Shown here piece by piece: positions 18,270 through 27,268 of a stretch of DNA of 32,321 nucleotides (position 1 is the first letter of the stretch; each line of letters starts with the position of its first letter). The notes below the pieces were generated by a model. That model made no database searches, was not told the origin of the DNA, and saw nothing but the letters and a program-made list of their open reading frames with translations. The stretch comes from Clostridia bacterium (lineage in GTDB: Bacteria > Bacillota > Clostridia > TANB77 > CAG-508), in assembly GCA_022795675.1 (NCBI GenBank), contig JAAWHY010000002.1:1-32321 (forward strand), written 5' to 3'. Made by a program: the position numbers and the translations under genes.

Positions 18270-19529
18270 TTGGAAAAGTTTGTTATTAATGGTAAAACTA
18301 GACTTGAGGGTGAGGTTGTTATTAATGGTGCTAAAAATGCTGCTGTTGCTATTTTACCTGCTACTTTGTTGGTTAATGGCGTTTGTACTATTGAAAACTT
18401 GCCTAATATTAGTGATATAAATATATATTGTGATATTTTGAGAACTTTAGGTGTTAAGATTACTAAAACCGCACCTAATACTGTGGAGGTTGATTCTCGT
18501 AATGTTAATTATATTGATGCTCCTTTAGATATGACTAGCAAATTTAGGGCTTCTTATTATTTAATTGGTGCTCTTCTTGGTAGATGCCACAGAGCTGTTG
18601 TTGGTATGCCTGGTGGTTGTAAACTTGGTGCTCGCCCAATTGACCAACATGCTAAAGCTTTTGAGTCTCTTGGTGCTAAAGTAGATATTGGACAGGGCAA
18701 AATTGTTGCTACTACTGATGGACTTGTTGGAAATTCTATTTATTTGGATATTGTTTCTGTTGGTGCTACTATTAATGCCATTCTTGCTTCTGTTTTGGCT
18801 GAAGGGACTACTACTATTGAGAATGTTGCTAAAGAACCTCATATTGTTGATGTTGCTAATTTTTTGAATACTATGGGTGCTGATATTCATGGTGCTGGTA
18901 CTGATATTATTAAAATTAATGGTGTTAAGGAGCTTCATGGTGGTACATATTCTATTGTTCCTGATCAAATTGAGGCTGGAACTTTTATGTTGGCTGCTGT
19001 TGCTACTAGAGGTGATATTACTATAAAAAATTGTATTACTAAGCATTTGGATGTTTTGTCTGCTAAGATTGAGGAAATGGGTGCTCATGTTGAGGAGATT
19101 AGTGGTGATACTCTTAGAGTTTGGTGTAATAAAAGACCTAAGTGCGTAAATATTAAGACTCTACCTTACCCTGGTTTTCCTACGGATTTACAGTCTCAAA
19201 TGGGTATTGTTTTGGCTACTGCTGATGGGACTAGCACTGTGACTGAGAGTATTTGGGAATCTCGTTTTCAATATACTGCTGAACTTAATAAAATGGGTGC
19301 TAAGATTAATGCACAGGGTAATGTTGCTTTTTTTGATGGTGTTCCTGAATTATATGGCCGTCCAGTTTCAGCTTCTGATTTAAGGGCTGGTGCAGCTCTT
19401 ATTATTGCAGGTATTGCTGCTAATGGTGTGACTGAAGTTTCTAATATTGAGTATATTGATCGTGGTTATGAAAATATTGAAGATAAGTTTAGAGCACTTG
19501 GTGCCGATATTAAGAGAGTAACGGAGTAA
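18270..19529 (+). CDS. murA: UDP-N-acetylglucosamine 1-carboxyvinyltransferase
   Basis: GAKNAA, RASYYLIG, PGGCKLGARP (catalytic Cys), YPGFPTDLQ, DLRAGAAL; TTG start with RBS AAGGAGG. Confidence 0.96.
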   Translation: MEKFVINGKTRLEGEVVINGAKNAAVAILPATLLVNGVCTIENLPNISDINIYCDILRTLGVKITKTAPNTVEVDSRNVNYIDAPLDMTSKFRASYYLIGALLGRCHRAVVGMPGGCKLGARPIDQHAKAFESLGAKVDIGQGKIVATTDGLVGNSIYLDIVSVGATINAILASVLAEGTTTIENVAKEPHIVDVANFLNTMGADIHGAGTDIIKINGVKELHGGTYSIVPDQIEAGTFMLAAVATRGDITIKNCITKHLDVLSAKIEEMGAHVEEISGDTLRVWCNKRPKCVNIKTLPYPGFPTDLQSQMGIVLATADGTSTVTESIWESRFQYTAELNKMGAKINAQGNVAFFDGVPELYGRPVSASDLRAGAALIIAGIAANGVTEVSNIEYIDRGYENIEDKFRALGADIKRVTE

Positions 19530-19532
19530 TTT

Positions 19533-20324
19533 ATGTTAAAATTTTGTAGCTTATATAGTGGTAGTACTGGTAATAGTTTATTTGCCCAAAATAATAATAC
19601 TAAGATTTTGATTGATTCTGGTGTTAGTGGTAAGAAGATTGTAGAGGCTTTAGATTCTATTAATGTTAATCCTAATGAAATAGATGCAATTTTGATAACT
19701 CATGAACATTCTGACCATGTTCAGAGTGTTGGAACATTTTCTAAGAAGTTTAATATTCCAGTTTATGCAAATTCTAAGACTTGGAGTAAAATTCCTAAGG
19801 AGGCTGAAAAAATAAGTAATGAAAATATCTTTACTTTTAAGATGTCTGAGGATTTTGTTGTTGGAGATTTAGTTATTCATCCTTTTAGAACTCCTCATGA
19901 TGCTATTGAGTCGTGTGGTTTTAATATTAGTGATGGTAATATTAAAATTAGTATTGCAACTGATTTAGGTCATGTGACTCCTGAGATTAAGAGCTGTTTG
20001 AAGGGTAGCAAATTTGCTTTGTTAGAGTCTAATTATGAGCCTGAGGTTTTAAGAATTTGCTCATATCCTAGTTTATTGAAAAGTAGAATTGCAGGTCCTA
20101 ATGGTCATCTTTCTAATAATATGGCAGGTCAGCTTATTTCTGATTTGATTGAGAGTGGTTTGGCTACTGTCATGCTTGGTCATTTGAGCAAAGAGAGCAA
20201 TTTCCCTGAGATGGCTTATGAGACCGTTTTAAGTGAATTAGAGAAGAAAAAGTTTAAAAGAGGAAGTATTGATTTGTCAGTGGCTAGCCGTTTTGAACCT
20301 AGTAAATTAATCGAAATTGGATAA
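19533..20324 (+). CDS. yycJ: MBL-fold metallo-hydrolase, YycJ/WalJ family
   Basis: SLYSGSTGN, THEHSDH, PHDA, ESNYE, GHLSN, LGHLSKESN. Confidence 0.88.
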   Translation: MLKFCSLYSGSTGNSLFAQNNNTKILIDSGVSGKKIVEALDSINVNPNEIDAILITHEHSDHVQSVGTFSKKFNIPVYANSKTWSKIPKEAEKISNENIFTFKMSEDFVVGDLVIHPFRTPHDAIESCGFNISDGNIKISIATDLGHVTPEIKSCLKGSKFALLESNYEPEVLRICSYPSLLKSRIAGPNGHLSNNMAGQLISDLIESGLATVMLGHLSKESNFPEMAYETVLSELEKKKFKRGSIDLSVASRFEPSKLIEIG

Positions 20325-20347
20325 ATGCAATTTATTTCAAAAACTAT

Positions 20348-20376
20348 TTGACTTTATCTGAAAATCTATGTATAAT
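20348..20376 (+). promoter_or_regulatory. Sigma-A promoter for antisense sRNA 2
   Basis: TTGACT-17bp-TATAAT. Confidence 0.8.
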
Positions 20377-20382
20377 ACATAT

Positions 20383-20468
20383 AGAAAATGAGAAACACAG
20401 AAATGTGTGTTACCCAATATAATTGAATTACACCACTAGCTCTGCGAAAGCGTATGTGGTGTATTTTT
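20383..20468 (+). ncRNA. Putative type I antitoxin sRNA 2 (~85 nt)
   Basis: Same layout as 15532..15621; terminal hairpin TACACCAC...GTGGTGTA plus U-tract, with conserved GCTCTGC inside. Confidence 0.7.
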
Positions 20469-20574
20469 ATATTTGTTTATCAGTCCACATTATGTATATA
20501 ATACACAATAAGGCGATATTTATGGTTGTTGATAACATTAATCCTATTATTAGGAATAGTAAAATTTCCACCAT
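20467..20574 (-). CDS. 35-aa hydrophobic peptide, putative type I toxin 2 (MVEILLFLIIGLMLSTTINIALLCIIYIMWTDKQI)
   Basis: RBS GAGGAGGTGA; promoter TTGTTT-17bp-TATATT at 20656..20684; paralogue of 15620..15727. Confidence 0.8.
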   Translation of the reverse strand: MVEILLFLIIGLMLSTTINIALLCIIYIMWTDKQI

Positions 20575-20763
20575 AAGCACTCACCTCCTCACTCTTAACA
20601 TAGGTTGAGGTTTAGAGGTAACACACATCTGCTTTTATCTCATTTTCTATTTTATAATATATAATATAATTTACAAAAAAACAAGCGAACAAAACAAATT
20701 TTTTCTTTTTAATTTGTATAAAATATTTTTAAAAATAATATAAATATTGAAATTTTATCAGTT

Positions 20764-20789
20764 GGGCAGACGCAAGGCCTGCCCCTACA
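20764..20789 (-). repeat. GTAG-type REP
   Basis: GGGCAGACGCAAGGCCTGCCCCTACA. Confidence 0.8.
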
Positions 20790-21079
20790 ATACATATAGT
20801 GAATAATTATTTTTATAGAGTAGACGTAATAATCAAATATAATATTAAAAAATTGAGTTCGACCCCCAAGTACCCATTCATTGTGTGCCATTAGAGTGTG
20901 TCTATATTATATGAATTTTCAGTATTTTAAGCGCCTTCGAGAATGGAAATTTTTTAATATTCATATTTGGATTATGAAGTTGGCATTAATTATATAATTA
21001 GCAATTTTCCATGTAATAGAATAAAGTATAGAAATACTGCAAATAATAATCTATATTATTATTTAAAGTAGGTGTTTTT

Positions 21080-22579
21080 ATGAATTCTATTTGGATTGAT
21101 TCTGTTCCAAAAATTTTAGATGAGTCTAAGTCTCTTGATTCTAATATTTCTTGTGATGTTACTATTGTTGGTGGTGGGCTTACTGGGCTTACTTCTGCTT
21201 ATTATTTGAGTAAAAAAGGTCTTAAGGTTGTTGTTTTAGAGAAAGATTCTTTAATGCTTAAAACAAGTGGAAATACAACTGCCAAAATCACTGCTCAACA
21301 TGATTTATTTTATAAATATTTGATTGATACTTTTGGTGTTGAGACAGCAAAAAAGTATTTAAATTGCAATTTAGAGGCAATTGATAATATTAAGAAGATT
21401 ATTGATGAGGAAAGAATAACTTGTGATTTTGAGTACCAAAGTTCTTATGTTTTTACTAAGTCTAATTCTTATGTTCAGGATATTAAGGACGAGGCTAAAG
21501 CTACTCATATGTTTGGCTTTGATTCAAAGTTATTGAATAAAATCCCGCTTCCTATAAATAATGTGCTTTGTGCAATTGAGTTTCCTAATCAGGCTCAATT
21601 TAATCCTAGAAAATATGCTCTTGGATTATCCAATTCTATTTTGAATAATCAGGGATTAATATTTGAAACTTCTAAGGTTACAGATATTCAAAAAATTAAG
21701 GATACTTATTATACTAAGGTAGGAGATTATTCTGTTGAGTCAAAGTATGTGATTTTGGCTACACGTTATCCTTTTATTAATGCTCCTGGATTTTACTTTT
21801 TGAAGATGTATCAAACTTTATCTTATTGTGCTTCTTTTGAAATTCCTGATAATCTTTTTTCTGGTATGTATATTAATGCTGAGCATCCTACTCTTTCTGC
21901 AAGAATTGCTAAAGATAATGGAAAAGATGTATTATTACTTTCTGGTTGTAGCCATAAGGTTGGTAAACCATCTGGTGTCTCAGATCCATATTCTACTTTA
22001 ACTACTTTTGCACATTCTATATATCCTGATAGTAAAATGATTTCTAAATGGGTGACTGAAGATAGCGTGTCTTTAGATAAATTACCTTATATTGGTCAGT
22101 TTTCATCACTTATGCCTAATATGTATGTTGCTACTGGTTTTAAAAAATGGGGTATGACTTTTTCTAATGTTGCTTCTAATATATTGCTTGATAAAATCTT
22201 GGGAAATGATAATGAATATTCTGATATCTTTGATTCAACAAGGCTACACCCTATTCAGAATAAAGAGGAAATGGGTAATATGATTAAGGAGGCTACTACT
22301 TCTATTGTTATTAAAAAATTTACTCTTCCTAATGATACTATACAGAGTTTAGCTCCTAATGAGGGTAAAATTATAGAGTTTGAAGGTTCAAAGATTGGTG
22401 TTTATAAGAATAAAGATGGTGATATTTTTAAGGTAAAACCTGTGTGTACTCATTTGGGTTGTGAGTTGTCTTGGAATCCTGTTAATAAAACTTGGGATTG
22501 TCCTTGTCATGGTTCTAGATTTAATTATGATGGTAAACTATTATATGGTCCTGCTTTACATGATTTAGAGATTTTATAG
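21080..22579 (+). CDS. FAD-dependent oxidoreductase with C-terminal Rieske 2Fe-2S domain (YhfW-like)
   Basis: IVGGGLTG FAD motif, TSGNTTAKIT, GFKKWGMT, CTHLGC...WDCPCHGSRF. Confidence 0.92.
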   Translation: MNSIWIDSVPKILDESKSLDSNISCDVTIVGGGLTGLTSAYYLSKKGLKVVVLEKDSLMLKTSGNTTAKITAQHDLFYKYLIDTFGVETAKKYLNCNLEAIDNIKKIIDEERITCDFEYQSSYVFTKSNSYVQDIKDEAKATHMFGFDSKLLNKIPLPINNVLCAIEFPNQAQFNPRKYALGLSNSILNNQGLIFETSKVTDIQKIKDTYYTKVGDYSVESKYVILATRYPFINAPGFYFLKMYQTLSYCASFEIPDNLFSGMYINAEHPTLSARIAKDNGKDVLLLSGCSHKVGKPSGVSDPYSTLTTFAHSIYPDSKMISKWVTEDSVSLDKLPYIGQFSSLMPNMYVATGFKKWGMTFSNVASNILLDKILGNDNEYSDIFDSTRLHPIQNKEEMGNMIKEATTSIVIKKFTLPNDTIQSLAPNEGKIIEFEGSKIGVYKNKDGDIFKVKPVCTHLGCELSWNPVNKTWDCPCHGSRFNYDGKLLYGPALHDLEIL

Positions 22580-22626
22580 TTAAAAGTCCCCTTGTCTTAC
22601 AACAAGGGGCTTGTTTGTGCCGATAA

Positions 22627-23058
22627 TTAATGGAATAATGTAGAATATATATCGCCTTTAAAAAAAGAGGGAACTTCATATGATACTATACTCATATGTT
22701 TGTCGTCTTCTCTTTTTTCTTCTAAAAAGTCTTTCATTTGGTCAATGCAGACTTCCTTTATATGCAATAATAATATTCTTAAGTCGGTTGAAACCTTATC
22801 TGGTACTTTCACTGTTGTCTCAGGAACTAAAACTTCTTCATCAAGTGCAATCTCTACAGTTATTGTACAATATTTTTCACTGTTGTATTCTTTGCACTTA
22901 TTTAGTAAAAGTGTGAACTCCTGTGCAATTGCCCGCAAATCACTCTCTATTGCAATTAATCTGTTCAGTTGTTCTCCATTTTTAAATTTTGGTGGAAGAT
23001 TTGTAGCTCCCTTAATTGTTTCTCCTTTCCAATTTTCCACTCTTACGACACAATGCAT
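22627..23058 (-). CDS. Hypothetical protein (orphan-like)
   Basis: 143-aa ORF with RBS AAAGGAG; shares hairpin ~22586..22610 with the convergent gene. Confidence 0.6.
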   Translation of the reverse strand: MHCVVRVENWKGETIKGATNLPPKFKNGEQLNRLIAIESDLRAIAQEFTLLLNKCKEYNSEKYCTITVEIALDEEVLVPETTVKVPDKVSTDLRILLLHIKEVCIDQMKDFLEEKREDDKHMSIVSYEVPSFFKGDIYSTLFH

Positions 23059-23473
23059 TGGTCCTTCTCCTTTCTGCCCGTTATAGCGAGCGATAGACTC
23101 CTTGATAGGAGTCTGTTACTTTGTTTTCAGTTCCATTTATATTATACTATATTTTTGACTCCTATTCAATAATTTTACATAGATTTTACAAAACTCAAAT
23201 CACTAATTTTTCCTTTGTTATTGCTATATTCAGCTTTTTACTTTTTTTGTTTTTTTGTAACAATTTTAGATGTAAATTTTTGATAACTTTTCTGTAAAAC
23301 ATTATTTTCCTACATAAAATTTTTGTAATTTGTAACTTCTTAAAATCTTTAGGAAAAACAAAAACATAGAAAAAAATGAATTATTTTTTAATATAAAGAT
23401 TAATAGTCAATTACAGAGTAATTGTTTTCACAAGAACTCTGTTTTATTATTTTAATGTCTAAGCTTATACCAT

Positions 23474-23503
23474 TTGACAAAAATTGATTTGTTTGTTTAT
23501 AAT
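23474..23503 (+). promoter_or_regulatory. Sigma-A promoter nearly identical to the abiE promoter
   Basis: TTGACAAAAATTGATTTGTTTGTTTATAAT matches 25259..25288 at 28/30. Confidence 0.75.
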
Positions 23504-23620
23504 CTAAAAGAATAAATATTTATATAATAAATACTTTTAATATTATATTATTTTAGATAAATAAAAAATTATTTGAGAAATCTGAATAGATAAAATTTAA
23601 CCTAAAAGGGGGATTAAATA

Positions 23621-24928
23621 ATGAAGGAAATCGAATTAAAGGATATAGAACAGTTTTCAAAGATTTATAATAGCAATGTTAATAATAAAAATTTAGAAAA
23701 CCAGATTAAACAATATGGATTAGATAAAGTTTGCATTAATAAAGAGATTATAGATGAGAACCCACCCTCTTTTAATATTGAACTAGAAGAAACTAAAAGA
23801 TATGATCAAAAGGATAGTTTAAGATGTTGGGCATTTTCTGGAATTAATGTAATTAAACGTAATATGGCAAAAAACTTAAATATTGATATTATGAATTTTG
23901 AGTTGTCAGATAATTTTATTATTTTTTTTCACAGATTAGAGAAAGCAAATACTACTTATGAAAAGATTCTTACAAGTAAGACTACTGATTTAAGTAAAAT
24001 TTTTAAGAAAAATATTCTTAAAAATCCAGTTGAAGAAGTAGGAAATTGGAAGACTTTTGTAGGTATTGTTAAAAAATATGGACTTGTACCAATGACAGTT
24101 ATGCCTATTACTATTGAAGGAGAAAATTCATCTAGAGTAACTAATTTATTTTCAGAAACTGTTAGAAGCTATGCAATTACTTTGTTGGAGTTAAAAAAGC
24201 AGAATAAAAATATAGAGGAACTACGAAAAATAAAATTAAAGATGTTAGCAGATAATTATGAGTTTTTATCAAAGGTTTATGGAGAACCAGTAAAAACATT
24301 CAATTATAATTATATAGATAAAGATAGAAATAATGTTACTTTAAAAAATACTACCCCAAATCAATTTGTTGAACAATTTTTAAGTATTGATATTGAAAAC
24401 TTTGTATTTATATCAAATGTTCCTAAAAAAAATAGAAAATATGGAGAAAAGTTAAAAAATCTATCTTCAATTAACATTAATAAGATGAAATATGTAGAGT
24501 TTTTACATATTTCAGCACAAGAATTAAAGGAGTTATCTATAAAACAATTAAAGGATAATATCCCTGTTATGGTAGGAATTTACATTAGAAAATTTGCAGA
24601 TAAAATATCTGGTGTTTTAGATACAAGATTATATGATTATGAAAGTTTAGTAAAATATAAAAATCTTAATAAGGAAGATGGAATGTTATTGGGAGATATT
24701 GAACTTCACCACTGGATGACTATAACAGGTGTACAAATAGAAGAGGGATCTCCAAAAAGATGGAAAGTTGAAGATAGTTATGGTGATAAAGAAAAGGTAA
24801 ATGGGTATTATATTATGAATGATAATTACTTTGATAAATATGTATTTACAGTTATTATTGATAAAAAATATTTATCTAAAAAACAATTAGAATTATATAA
24901 TCAAAAAGGAATTATTGAAGATAATTAA
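23621..24928 (+). CDS. C1B cysteine peptidase (aminopeptidase C / bleomycin hydrolase-like), divergent
   Basis: DQKDSLRCWAF (Gln, Cys), FELS, LEKAN, KYGLVP, HHWMTITGV (His), WKVEDSYG. Confidence 0.85.
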   Translation: MKEIELKDIEQFSKIYNSNVNNKNLENQIKQYGLDKVCINKEIIDENPPSFNIELEETKRYDQKDSLRCWAFSGINVIKRNMAKNLNIDIMNFELSDNFIIFFHRLEKANTTYEKILTSKTTDLSKIFKKNILKNPVEEVGNWKTFVGIVKKYGLVPMTVMPITIEGENSSRVTNLFSETVRSYAITLLELKKQNKNIEELRKIKLKMLADNYEFLSKVYGEPVKTFNYNYIDKDRNNVTLKNTTPNQFVEQFLSIDIENFVFISNVPKKNRKYGEKLKNLSSININKMKYVEFLHISAQELKELSIKQLKDNIPVMVGIYIRKFADKISGVLDTRLYDYESLVKYKNLNKEDGMLLGDIELHHWMTITGVQIEEGSPKRWKVEDSYGDKEKVNGYYIMNDNYFDKYVFTVIIDKKYLSKKQLELYNQKGIIEDN

Positions 24929-24968
24929 GATAAAAAAATAAGCAAAGCTTCAAGCACCTTGCTACATT

Positions 24969-25015
24969 TTGGTGGGCAATCGGGGGGTCGAACCCCGGAC
25001 CTTCTGATTAAGAGT
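24969..25015 (-). repeat. att site: duplicated 3' half of tRNA-Lys
   Basis: Identical to 30445..30491; flanking AAGCAAAGC...CCTTGCTA also imperfectly duplicated. Confidence 0.92.
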
Positions 25016-25238
25016 GAGGCGTTCCCTAAAAAATTGTACTTTTCTGAATTCGTTGATATAACTGATTTATCGGTGGAAAATATATATTTTAATAGGATTT
25101 GAGAAAAAAAGAAAAATTTATTATAGTTTAGAAAAGTTTAATAAAGTTTAAATAAATTTAATAAAAACCCCCAAAGTGATGCGAAAATTTTTAAAAGTGG
25201 TGCATCATTTTGGAAAGTGGATAATTGTTATAAGATTT

Positions 25239-25288
25239 ACAAACAAATCGGTTTTTTATTGACAAAAACCGATTTGTTTGTTTATAAT
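25239..25288 (+). promoter_or_regulatory. abiE promoter with perfect 18-bp inverted-repeat operator
   Basis: ACAAACAAATCGGTTTTT-7bp-AAAAACCGATTTGTTTGT straddles TTGACA (25259); TATAAT at 25283; AbiEi proteins are known to autorepress via promoter inverted repeats. Confidence 0.85.
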
Positions 25289-25305
25289 GAAAAAGGGATA
25301 TAAAA

Positions 25306-25845
25306 ATGTTATATTATTTTAATGAATTATTAGAAAAAGGATTAAGTAAATATCAAATAGAAAAAAATGTTAAGGATAAAGAATTATTTAAAATTTCAAG
25401 AGGTATTTATTCTGATGAAGAATACCCAAATGATTTATCTGTAATAGTAAAAAAATATCCAAATGTAATATTAACTTTAAATAGTGCTTTTTATTACTAT
25501 GAGCTAACAGACAAAATACCAGAATATTACTACTTAGCAACAGATATAAAATCTTATATAATAAAGGATTCTTCTGTAAAGCAAGTTTTTATGAAAAAAG
25601 ACTTTTTAAAAATTGGATTAGCCAAATGTAAAATAGAAGAAACAGAAATCTATATATATGATAAAGAAAGATTGTTGATAGAACTTATTAGATATAAAAC
25701 AAAATTACCATATGAATTATATAAAGATGTCATAAATAATTACAGAAAAATTAGAAATGAATTAGATTTTATGAAAATTTATAAATATGCTCAAGTATTT
25801 AATAGTTCATATATAATGCAAACTATAGAAAAGGAAGTGATGTAA
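25306..25845 (+). CDS. abiEi: Type IV toxin-antitoxin antitoxin, AbiEi family
   Basis: N-terminal wHTH (LFKISRGIY), LNSAFYYYELTDKIP, IYDKERLLIELIRY; TAATG coupling to the toxin. Confidence 0.85.
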   Translation: MLYYFNELLEKGLSKYQIEKNVKDKELFKISRGIYSDEEYPNDLSVIVKKYPNVILTLNSAFYYYELTDKIPEYYYLATDIKSYIIKDSSVKQVFMKKDFLKIGLAKCKIEETEIYIYDKERLLIELIRYKTKLPYELYKDVINNYRKIRNELDFMKIYKYAQVFNSSYIMQTIEKEVM

Positions 25846-26672
25846 TGAATGATTTAAATGAATGTGTACGTCAATATATTAAAGAAGGTTATAATAGAAA
25901 CTATGCTATTTCTAAGGTCTGTCAAGATATTATAATAAATAGAATTTATAATTCCAAATACAGTGATAAAATCACAATTAAAGGTGGAGTTGTAATGTTC
26001 CATTTAACAAACAATATTCGTAGAGCAACTGTAGATATTGATATGGACTTAATTAATATGTCTATAGCAACAGAAAATATTATTAATATTTTTATTGAAC
26101 TTAGTAAATTAGATAGTATTGATGGTTTTAAATTAAGTATTGACAAAAATAGAATTGAAGAACTATCACATCAAGATTATCATGGAAAAAGACTAACAGT
26201 TAGTATAACAGATAGTCATAGAAAAACTTATAATGTTAAGTTAGATATTGGCGTACATAAATATACAGATATTCATCAAGATACTTTACTATTAAATACA
26301 CAAATCATTGATGGAAATATAGAATTTTTAGTTAATCCAAAGGAACAAATTTTTACAGAAAAATTAATTCCTATATTAAAATTTGGTCCCCTATCGACAA
26401 GATATAGAGACGTATTTGACTTGTATTGGTTAATAACTGAAGGAAATTTAGATAAAGATAAAATTTTACATTATATGAAGATATTAATTTTTGATAGTGA
26501 CATAAATATTCATGAAACCCAATAACTTTATAATACTGTGAATTTAGTATTAAGTGAACCAAATTTTATAGCTAATCTATCTAATAATTATAACTGGACT
26601 AATTCTAATATTGATACCATTTTAGAAAACATTAAAAACTATCTAAGAAGTTTAGAAGAAATAAGGGTATAA
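25845..26672 (+). pseudogene. abiEii: AbiEii nucleotidyltransferase toxin with in-frame premature stop at 26523..26525
   Basis: IKGG...RRATVDID NTase motif, EKL, TRYRDVFD; the same frame continues 48 codons after TAA to 26672. Confidence 0.8.
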
Positions 26673-27268
26673 GATTAAGGGTGTATTAAATAATGATAAA
26701 GATAAAGAAAAAATCATCTCCCAGAGGGCAAAAAGGGTTTTAGGGATTTTTCCCTAAACAGCGATTTGTGGTCCAGAGGGCCATGCTGGCGAACATACCG
26801 TATAAAAAAAATGAAGGTTGTTCGGACACAAAATAAATTTTGCTATGTATATTATACTTCGCTACGCTAGTATAATATATTTTGCAAGTTAAATTACAAA
26901 TGGAATAGAAGGATTAAATGGTTACTGATTCAGAAAAAGAATTGGATAAAATATATTTTAGCAGGCTATCCTTATGATGTTTTTTAGCAGATTCAAAAAT
27001 GGCACTAACAAATTTCTCATTTTAAATATGTTTTCCTTTGACAACTTTTTGTATAAACTTTAGACTAAACCCACGCACAACTATTGACAAATGCGTGAGT
27101 TTACTTAAAATAGTCATAGGTGATAAATATGGTTTATAATTATAGAGAAATTATAGAATTTTATAAAAATGATTTAATTTTATCAAACATATTGCAAATG
27201 GAGGTATTTTAGTTTGGTACCTTTTAACTTACGCACTTTATTTTACACTATCCAACTATTTATTACTA

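Noticed and set aside
20845-20905. TTGAGTTCGACCCCCAAGTACCC as a tRNA T-arm or att remnant
   Set aside because: Stem is imperfect, there is no CCA end, and it matches neither tRNA in the window.
26523-26525. Stop-codon reassignment or read-through explaining the abiEii TAA
   Set aside because: TAA terminates many genes in the window normally; a point mutation is simpler.
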